Shown here: piece after piece, positions 57,152-64,000 of the stretch
How positions within the stretch are numbered: the first letter of the stretch is position 1
How the letters are laid out: the number at the start of each line of letters is the position of its first letter
From: an uncultured virus (IMG/VR IMGVR_UViG_3300043446_002182)
Taxonomy: Duplodnaviria; Heunggongvirae; Uroviricota; Caudoviricetes
Length of the DNA: 64,000 nucleotides
IMG/VR virus record: IMGVR_UViG_3300043446_002182
Strand: one strand, 5' to 3'
Position numbers and translations under genes: made by a program
Notes under the pieces: model-generated
Databases searched by the model: none
What the model was told of the DNA's origin: nothing
Seen by the model: the letters and a program-made list of their open reading frames with translations, nothing else

Positions 57152-57727
57152 ATGATTAACCTAAAAAAACTGCTCACGGAAAACACCGTTGCCGCCAAAC
57201 CACAACTGACCGAATCTGACCACGTTCACAACGGTCTGCATAAGGTTTTCGGTGCAGGCGACCCTGAAATTTCAGTCCGTCGTTGCGAAAACGTTGGTCT
57301 TGGATACATCAAGAACATCAGCGAAGCAATTAAGATTGCCAACGTTGAAGCTCAAAAGGTCGCCAAGATTTACGGCTATCGTTTGGATGAAGCCAAGGCA
57401 AAGTTTATCAAGGAAGACAACGACTTTACCAAGCTTGATGCTCAATCTCCTGAAAGTGCTCAGGCAAAGGTGACGCCAGACGAGCAGCCACATGATGAAA
57501 CCAACATGGACGAGCCAGAAGAAAAGGCAGAAGTCCGCATTGGTAACGAAATTTTGAACTTGACTGCCAAACTGAGAACCGCTGTGGAAGCAGACCACGA
57601 GGCACAGTCCGCAGTTACGCAGATTCAAGCATTGGCTAAGGAATTGCTTTCGATTCACGGCCAATCCGATAAGAAGCCATATGCAGGCCCACCCATCTTT
57701 ACTGGTGGTGGACATGGAGGACTCTAA
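57152..57727 (+). CDS. Putative internal head protein (MINLKKLLTE leader)
   Basis: 191 aa; shared leader; internal LTE and IKE. Confidence 0.6.
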   Translation: MINLKKLLTENTVAAKPQLTESDHVHNGLHKVFGAGDPEISVRRCENVGLGYIKNISEAIKIANVEAQKVAKIYGYRLDEAKAKFIKEDNDFTKLDAQSPESAQAKVTPDEQPHDETNMDEPEEKAEVRIGNEILNLTAKLRTAVEADHEAQSAVTQIQALAKELLSIHGQSDKKPYAGPPIFTGGGHGGL

Positions 57728-57729
57728 TC

Positions 57730-58203
57730 ATGGGACTCAAAGGTAGATTTTTTTCGGTTCGAGATATGAACCTGTTTCACTCGCTTAATGGCGAGTTGAT
57801 GGGTGATATTATCCAGACCGAAGTCACCTTGTTCAAGATTTGTGCGGACGTAACGCAGACGAATATCTACGGTGAAAGCAAATCCACTGTGGGCAAGCAA
57901 TACTTTCCCGGCGTTGAAATTACTGCACTTATTGACCGTGCTGCTATTGCGACAGACGCCGAAGATTTTGGCCCTGACCGTAAGCAGAACGTTGTGTTCA
58001 AGTTCCGTGAAAAGATGCTCAAAGAAATCAATTTCTATCCTCAAACTGGTGATTTGGTATTGTTTAACGAACGTTATCATGAAATTGATACCGTGGAACA
58101 AGAACAGCTTTTGGGCGGTGTGGATGACAAGTCATGGAGCATCATCGTGAACACGCATTACAGCCGTCTCAGTAAGGTTGATTTGGTGCAAAGACAATCC
58201 TAA
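57730..58203 (+). CDS. Head-closure/neck protein (gp14-like)
   Basis: NIYGE, P..GDLV.FN..Y.EI; position after neck gene. Confidence 0.6.
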   Translation: MGLKGRFFSVRDMNLFHSLNGELMGDIIQTEVTLFKICADVTQTNIYGESKSTVGKQYFPGVEITALIDRAAIATDAEDFGPDRKQNVVFKFREKMLKEINFYPQTGDLVLFNERYHEIDTVEQEQLLGGVDDKSWSIIVNTHYSRLSKVDLVQRQS

Positions 58204-58206
58204 TCT

Positions 58207-59370
58207 ATGCCAAGTTGGAAAGGTAACAATAACAATCCAGTTCCGAACGATGTAAGAGAAAGTGACGCTCGTTCAGAGAAGCCTATTGCCTCGAACCGAG
58301 CAGAACAAGTGCGGAGAGATACTGACCGCCAACGGAACTTCACGATTGACCTTTACGACATTGACGAGACAATTCTCGAACACCTTAAGACACTTCAGCT
58401 TGAAGTAACTGATGCTGGCAAGAAAATCGTTGTCCCAACCTTTTTTGGTTCTCCTGAACAATGGACATCGGCTCAACGTGATGGCTACATTCGTGATAAC
58501 CAAGGCAAGTTGATTTTGCCAGCTATCATCCTGAAACGCACTACATCAGAAGACGACCAATCCCTGAAGTTCTTCAACCGTTACCTCAATTCTGCGGCCA
58601 TCAAGCTGTATTCGTCCAAGAACAAATACACTCAATTTTCTCTGCTTTCAGGTCAAAATGCTCCTGTCAACGAGATATATCGAATCGTTGTTCCCGACCA
58701 CGTTGTTTTAACATATCACTTCATCATTTGGACTGAATATGTTGAACAAATGAATGACCTTGTATTGAAGCTGAAGTTCAACACCAACGACTATTGGGGA
58801 AGTAAAAAAGGATTCCGCTTCCGTGTTAAGTCTGAAACTTTTTCTCATACCGTTGAAGTGAAGACTGGTGAAGACCGTATGGTTCGCACTGAGTTTGATT
58901 TGACCACACACGGCTATGTGTTGCCAGACACGATGGTTAAGTTGGATGACCACGAAACGACGGTGAAGAAGATGTTCACGCCCAAGAAAGTCATCATGGG
59001 AGCAGAAGTGGTTGGAACAGGATTCAATATGCTGTCGTTGGATAAAAACAAAGAAAAATGGCGCAATCCAAACTTTCCAAATTTGCAGAAGGATGTTGTC
59101 ATTCCAGCACCACCAATCACGGTATCTGATGACATTACTGACAATTCAATTGTCTCTCAAATCAGTCAGGCGATGAAGGCAACTACTTCTACGAAATTAC
59201 CCGTCACTCTGCCCGACGCCATTGCCGCAAACCCAAGTTTGAGAATCGTATCAATTCCATCTGGTCCAAACGCACTAGGAACTCCCGGGGATGTTTCATA
59301 TGATGAAAACTATTTTTACATCTATGCAGATGGTGCTTGGCGCAGCGTTCCAATCTCTGAGTTGGCTTAA
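58207..59370 (+). CDS. Tail completion/terminator-like protein (gp15-like)
   Basis: VP..FGSPE.W, LP.I..KR, P..V.LTY...IWT...EQMN; gene order. Confidence 0.6.
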   Translation: MPSWKGNNNNPVPNDVRESDARSEKPIASNRAEQVRRDTDRQRNFTIDLYDIDETILEHLKTLQLEVTDAGKKIVVPTFFGSPEQWTSAQRDGYIRDNQGKLILPAIILKRTTSEDDQSLKFFNRYLNSAAIKLYSSKNKYTQFSLLSGQNAPVNEIYRIVVPDHVVLTYHFIIWTEYVEQMNDLVLKLKFNTNDYWGSKKGFRFRVKSETFSHTVEVKTGEDRMVRTEFDLTTHGYVLPDTMVKLDDHETTVKKMFTPKKVIMGAEVVGTGFNMLSLDKNKEKWRNPNFPNLQKDVVIPAPPITVSDDITDNSIVSQISQAMKATTSTKLPVTLPDAIAANPSLRIVSIPSGPNALGTPGDVSYDENYFYIYADGAWRSVPISELA

Positions 59371-59373
59371 TAT

Positions 59374-61563
59374 ATGATTAACTACAACGTAAAAGACATT
59401 GCATTGCAGCGTAAAAAGACTCATGGGTTTGAAGAGTATCGGCTTGCTATGTCTCCGAACTCAGTAATTGTAAGTGATGCTGCCAACAATCTATCAATGG
59501 TTGATACGGCGTCTTTTTTTGTATCGTCATCAACTACCCTATCTTCGTCATATGCATCTACTGCAAGCTATCTTGTTGGTGGACAGTCTCTATCGTCGTC
59601 TTGGGCGTCTCAATCACTTAGTTCTTCATATTCTTATTTATCGGAGCAGTCAATTTCGGCTTCATATGCACCATTCACTCAAGAGGTTCAGACATCGGCT
59701 TCTTGGGCATCACAATCTTTAAGTTCATCATATTCTTATTTATCGGAGCAGTCAATTTCGGCTTCATATGCACCATTCATTCAAGAGGTTCAGACATCGG
59801 CTTCTTGGGCATCACAATCTTTAAGTTCATCATACTCTTATTTGTCGGAGCAATCAATTTCAGCATCATATGCACCATTCATTCAAGAGGTTCAGGTATC
59901 ATCGTCGTGGGCATCTCAATCTTTAAGTTCATCATATTCTCAGACAGCAACTTTGACTGTTACATCTTCTTACTCAACTAATGCGGAAGTGGCATATAGT
60001 GTAAATTTTGTTCCGGTTACAGCAATATCAGCATCATGGATTTCTGCTTCGGCTATTGGAACGCCAGCGGCAGCAAACTCGGCATCGTATGCTTCAGCAT
60101 CAACTGTGGCATCAAGTATTAACTTTGTTCCAACGAATACCATTAGTGCATCGTGGGTTTCTGCATCTACTCACATCATAACGGCTGACACAGCAAGCTA
60201 TATTTCTCCATTATTGGTCGGAACACCCGCAGCAGCGACTAGCGCATCCTTCGCATCGGCTTCAGCGGTTGCATATTCAATCAATTTTGTTCCGGTAAGT
60301 GCTGCAAGTGCATCTTGGATCAGTGCATCCGCAATAGGAACACCATCTTCGGCTACAAGTGCATCATATGCTTCTGCATCAGTAAGTGCATCATATGTTA
60401 GTGGTTCAAACTCAGTTCTTGGAACGTTGCTTTTAAGCCCATCGCCATCTAGTAGTGCGTTGGTTATTTCTCAGTCTCTACCAATATCACAATCATTTCC
60501 ACCCATCATAAACATGGTATCTGTGTGGAGTGGTTCATCATCACAGGTATTCACAGGCATCAAATACAACGTGATTGATAGTGGAAGTGCGTCAACCAGT
60601 AGTTTAATAGATTTACAATCACAGGGTTTAAGTAAGTTTAGGGTTGATAAATTGGGTAATGTTTATGTATCTCCATCGTCCACTATCCTTTCTACTGGAA
60701 ACAATTTATCGGTTGGCTCGAATCTACAACTATTTTTTTCCTTGGGAGGCTCAAACTATTACACAGTCAATACATCTGGAATTTTTCCCGGGGTTGCCGG
60801 ACTTACGCTTGGAGATATTACTCGTCCATATAGAGAATTATGGTTGGGAAGTGGTCCGAGTTTAGCCAGCGGACCAACAGTTTTGACTTCAGATGCAACG
60901 AGTTCCTTGGCATTGCGGAACGGAGGAACATTATCTGTTCCTGCATCTCAATCATTTCGTATTTACAACTTCTACTCTTCTTCGGGAGCCGATTTTGAAA
61001 GAGCCAACCATTATTGGAGTGGTAGTACATATTACATTGCGACCGAGTATTCTGGTTCAGGTCAACCTCGTAACATCGTATTTCAAACTTCGGGTTCAAA
61101 CCGAATGTTGATTACCTCTTCGGGAAGTGTCTTGGTGGGTTCAGGTTCAATCCCAAATACGACCAACCCGTTTCAAGTTCACGTCTCAAATACCTCTCCG
61201 TCATTTTGGGTGGACACAAGCGGACACTCAAGAATGTCCCAAGGCCGCAGATTTTACGTGGATGGAACAGGTGCGTTATCTTGTATTTACTACACCAACA
61301 GCAACCTAATTTTCCAACAAAACGGCAACACGGATATGATGTCGTTGGACAAGAGCGGGTCGTTGTGGCTTGGAACCAACGTGGTTGCCGGAACTCCGTT
61401 CAACAAACTTAACGTTCAGGGAAACATCTCATGTTCTGTTATTACGGCCTCGGCCTACAGTTCAATCACAAGTTCAATAACTCCTGCCAATTCTTCGTCC
61501 ATCGCAGCATGGCTTCCAGTATTTGCTAACGGCCAAACGTTTTACATGCCGCTCTATCAATAA
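59374..61563 (+). CDS. Ser/Ala-rich tail-fibre-like protein
   Basis: SAS[YW]A repeats followed by beta-rich fibre-type region. Confidence 0.65.
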   Translation: MINYNVKDIALQRKKTHGFEEYRLAMSPNSVIVSDAANNLSMVDTASFFVSSSTTLSSSYASTASYLVGGQSLSSSWASQSLSSSYSYLSEQSISASYAPFTQEVQTSASWASQSLSSSYSYLSEQSISASYAPFIQEVQTSASWASQSLSSSYSYLSEQSISASYAPFIQEVQVSSSWASQSLSSSYSQTATLTVTSSYSTNAEVAYSVNFVPVTAISASWISASAIGTPAAANSASYASASTVASSINFVPTNTISASWVSASTHIITADTASYISPLLVGTPAAATSASFASASAVAYSINFVPVSAASASWISASAIGTPSSATSASYASASVSASYVSGSNSVLGTLLLSPSPSSSALVISQSLPISQSFPPIINMVSVWSGSSSQVFTGIKYNVIDSGSASTSSLIDLQSQGLSKFRVDKLGNVYVSPSSTILSTGNNLSVGSNLQLFFSLGGSNYYTVNTSGIFPGVAGLTLGDITRPYRELWLGSGPSLASGPTVLTSDATSSLALRNGGTLSVPASQSFRIYNFYSSSGADFERANHYWSGSTYYIATEYSGSGQPRNIVFQTSGSNRMLITSSGSVLVGSGSIPNTTNPFQVHVSNTSPSFWVDTSGHSRMSQGRRFYVDGTGALSCIYYTNSNLIFQQNGNTDMMSLDKSGSLWLGTNVVAGTPFNKLNVQGNISCSVITASAYSSITSSITPANSSSIAAWLPVFANGQTFYMPLYQ
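59599..59940 (+). repeat. 102-nt tandem repeat, about 3.3 copies
   Basis: Units at 59599, 59701, 59803, partial at 59905, encoding SWASQSLSSSYSYLSEQSISASYAPFxQEVQxSx. Confidence 0.9.
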
Positions 61564-61620
61564 TAAAGGGCAAACTGCCCCACAAAATACATTCATATCT
61601 CATATTTATCTTTGAGACTT

Positions 61621-64000
61621 ATGGCATTTCCCGATACACCACACAAGCTGGAAGCGGTTTTTATCCAGCGAGATACAACGAATAGCAGATATGACCAGAT
61701 TAACATATCGGCATCGAATGCTATCGTGTACTTGGATGAAGACGGAAAAATTCAGGTTGATAAAGTAAATGTTTGGGCGGCGAAATATGGTATTTCGTCT
61801 GCTTCGGGTAGTGCAGCTACAGCGTCGTGGGCATCCCAATCACTTTTTGCATTCACAGCATCATTTGCGACGAGTTCCATTTCGGCTTCATATGCTTTAA
61901 CAGCGTCCTATGCGATAAGTGCGTCACACGCACCCGTAGCAAATACGGCATCCTACTTTTCGGGGTCAACTATAACCGCCTCGGCAATTCTCGTTAAAGA
62001 TATTTTGCCGTTAGGTAGTTCAATTGGTTCACCGTCTCAAAAATTTTCAACGGTCTATGCCGATAACATATATGGCACTGCATCCATTGCTGTCAGTGCT
62101 TCATATGCTCCCGGTGCGCCGTCAATCAGTGCTTCATATGCTTTAACTGCTTCATATGCATTAAATGGTGGAAATGGAGGAAGTGGAACTGGTTCGGCAT
62201 CAACGGCAAGCATTGGACTGGTATCTCTTGATTCAAATATGGCGACGAAAGTTCCATTTTTTAGTCAAGACAATTCTCTATCGGCATCAAAAGTTTCGGT
62301 GACAAATGGATTGACCGTAAACGTTTATACTGATTCCCATACCGCACCGCCAATGGAACGGGTGTTGTATATCGGTCGTGACGGAAACGTGAATACTTGG
62401 GCAGCGATGGGGTTCTATAACGATGCTGGTGGAACCAATGCAAAGTATTGGTTGAACTATGCCGACCAAGTAAACAATCTTGAATGGTCTGCTGTTAGCG
62501 ATGATTTTTCAATTGTGAGTCCGTGGTTGACGGTAACTCGTTCTGGCTCGGCTATTTCTCAAATCCTTTTCCAAACAGATACTTCAATCAAAGGCAATTT
62601 ACTTCCATCAACAAACCTGACCCGTTCTTTAGGAACTGCATCATTGCAATGGAAAAATGCATGGATTCAAAACGTATTTGGAACTGCGTCTTTTGCAAAC
62701 ACGGCATCATTCATTACTTCTTCTGCAATCTCAGGCAAGATAACCAACGCAGTTGTGTCGGCATCATTCGCTTCGATGTCAATCAGCGCATCCTATGCGC
62801 CATCCGCACCATCAGTTAGTGCGTCCTACGCTGCGACTTCTTCCTATGCTTACAACGCTGGAACGGCAAGTTTGTTGCTTGGTTCGATTGAAAGTGCTTC
62901 GTATGCGTTGTCGGCATCCTTTGCTCAGACTGCATCGTTCATTACAACCGCAGCCACAGCATCGTTCGTATCAGCTTCGGCAATTTCGGGAAAAATAACC
63001 AATGCGGTAGTGACTGCTTCGTGGGCTTCGGCATCACAGACTGCGGTCACTGCGACAAGTGCTAACACCGCAACCACGGCTACGACTGCTTCGTGGGCGG
63101 CAACGGTAACGGCTTCAGGAATCATCGGGAATCCACAAATAGCTTTGTCAGCATCGTGGACTTCCGCCTCACTTTCGTCAAGTTATTCCCAAACAGCATC
63201 GTGGGCATTGTCAGCATCTTACGCACCATCCGCACCATCCATCAGTGCATCCTATGCTGAAACCGCCTCATATGCATATCAGGCAGGAACGGCAAGTTTG
63301 CTGCTTGGGTCGGTGGAAAGTGCGTCATACGCTTTGACCGCTTCGTTTGCATTTTCGTCATCGAATGCAATATCATCCAGCAATTCATTTTCGTCATCTT
63401 ATGCGGGAACGGCAAGTTTGCTGCTTGGGTCGGTGGAAAATGCAACTATCGCAGTTTCAGCATCGTTTGCTTCGGCTTCTATTTCTGCAAGCTATGCCTT
63501 GAGTTCTTCGGCTACGATTAGTGGCTCATATTCATTCAATGCAGTAAATGCCGAATCGTCATCATATCCTTGGGCGGTATTTTCAGGAAGTCCCGTCCAC
63601 ATTTCAAAACCAGTTGGAATTGGTGTCCAACAAATATCGGCTTCTCGACTTTCAATTCTGGAAACGACAAGTAATCATGTATCTGCCTCAGTTGTTACAA
63701 TCCACACAACTAGGACAGATACACAAGTAGGAACGTTAGATATTAGAAACTTGGCGTCATCGGCAAACGCAAACGCCCGTTCCGGCATCTTGCTTACGTT
63801 GGGGCCGACAGGGAGTCTTGAGGGTGGTAGTATTTTTGTAACTAGAACTGCCACTCCCGCACAAGGTCTGGTTAATGGTTTGAACATTACTCCGAACGCA
63901 GCCTCGGCGGACATTGGTATCCGAACTGGTGCGGCATTGAGTGGTTCCGTATCTGGTCCTCAACTGCAAATCAAAGCAAACGGAGCAATTGGTATGGGCG
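61621..64000 (+). CDS. Ser/Ala-rich tail-fibre-like protein, 3' end beyond window (absent from ORF track)
   Basis: ATG 61621 after ATATTTAT at 61602; MAFPDTPHKLEAVFIQRD...SASYALTASYA...; no stop noticed in the parts read. Confidence 0.75.
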   Translation, partial: MAFPDTPHKLEAVFIQRDTTNSRYDQINISASNAIVYLDEDGKIQVDKVNVWAAKYGISSASGSAATASWASQSLFAFTASFATSSISASYALTASYAISASHAPVANTASYFSGSTITASAILVKDILPLGSSIGSPSQKFSTVYADNIYGTASIAVSASYAPGAPSISASYALTASYALNGGNGGSGTGSASTASIGLVSLDSNMATKVPFFSQDNSLSASKVSVTNGLTVNVYTDSHTAPPMERVLYIGRDGNVNTWAAMGFYNDAGGTNAKYWLNYADQVNNLEWSAVSDDFSIVSPWLTVTRSGSAISQILFQTDTSIKGNLLPSTNLTRSLGTASLQWKNAWIQNVFGTASFANTASFITSSAISGKITNAVVSASFASMSISASYAPSAPSVSASYAATSSYAYNAGTASLLLGSIESASYALSASFAQTASFITTAATASFVSASAISGKITNAVVTASWASASQTAVTATSANTATTATTASWAATVTASGIIGNPQIALSASWTSASLSSSYSQTASWALSASYAPSAPSISASYAETASYAYQAGTASLLLGSVESASYALTASFAFSSSNAISSSNSFSSSYAGTASLLLGSVENATIAVSASFASASISASYALSSSATISGSYSFNAVNAESSSYPWAVFSGSPVHISKPVGIGVQQISASRLSILETTSNHVSASVVTIHTTRTDTQVGTLDIRNLASSANANARSGILLTLGPTGSLEGGSIFVTRTATPAQGLVNGLNITPNAASADIGIRTGAALSGSVSGPQLQIKANGAIGMG
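63286..63439 (+). repeat. 34-nt direct repeat, 120 nt apart (GTASLLLGSVE)
   Basis: ggaacggcaagtttgctgcttgggtcggtggaaa at 63286 and 63406; diverged copy near 62860. Confidence 0.75.

Noticed and set aside
59599..59940. CRISPR array or DGR template repeat
   Set aside because: Repeats are contiguous, in frame, without spacers or adenine-specific variation; no cas or reverse transcriptase seen
61568..61580. GGGCA-AAC-TGCCC hairpin as terminator
   Set aside because: Short stem with no U tract on the coding strand
1..64000. Stop-codon reassignment (alternative genetic code), suggested by the release factor gene
   Set aside because: Conserved genes read full length in the standard code and coding density is high; TGA is used as a real stop in many ATGA overlaps

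Overview
Segment of a large lytic dsDNA phage with T4-like (gp17/gp20/gp21/gp23-type) morphogenesis genes, standard genetic code. It holds virion/baseplate proteins, a RuvC-like resolvase, primase, a fused Mre11-Rad50 (gp47-gp46) gene, terminase, portal, prohead protease, scaffold, major capsid protein, neck/tail-completion and Ser/Ala-rich fibre genes. An accessory block under sigma70-type promoters encodes GMP reductase, SLOG, HD, nucleotidyltransferase, ADP-ribosylglycohydrolase, NADAR, a glycosylase and a methyltransferase, and several free-standing endonucleases are scattered through the window. Main observations: (1) a truncated RF1-like release factor whose two halves are joined by a prfB-type +1 frameshift cassette (GGGG-TTA-CTT-TGA-C) at a position different from the host prfB site; (2) a twin-arginine signal peptide fused to a copy of the capsid C-terminus, next to a prohead-protease paralogue lacking the catalytic residues; (3) a coupled operon of enzymes (two ART-like proteins, CCA-adding enzyme, NUDIX-lysozyme-GNAT) with a shared MIKLxxILxE leader and internal [ILV]xE linkers, suggesting head-packaged, protease-processed cargo; (4) a candidate -1 frameshift at A-AAA-AAG; (5) a recurring ATATTTAT motif upstream of late genes. 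All family assignments are from motif recognition by eye; no searches were run.
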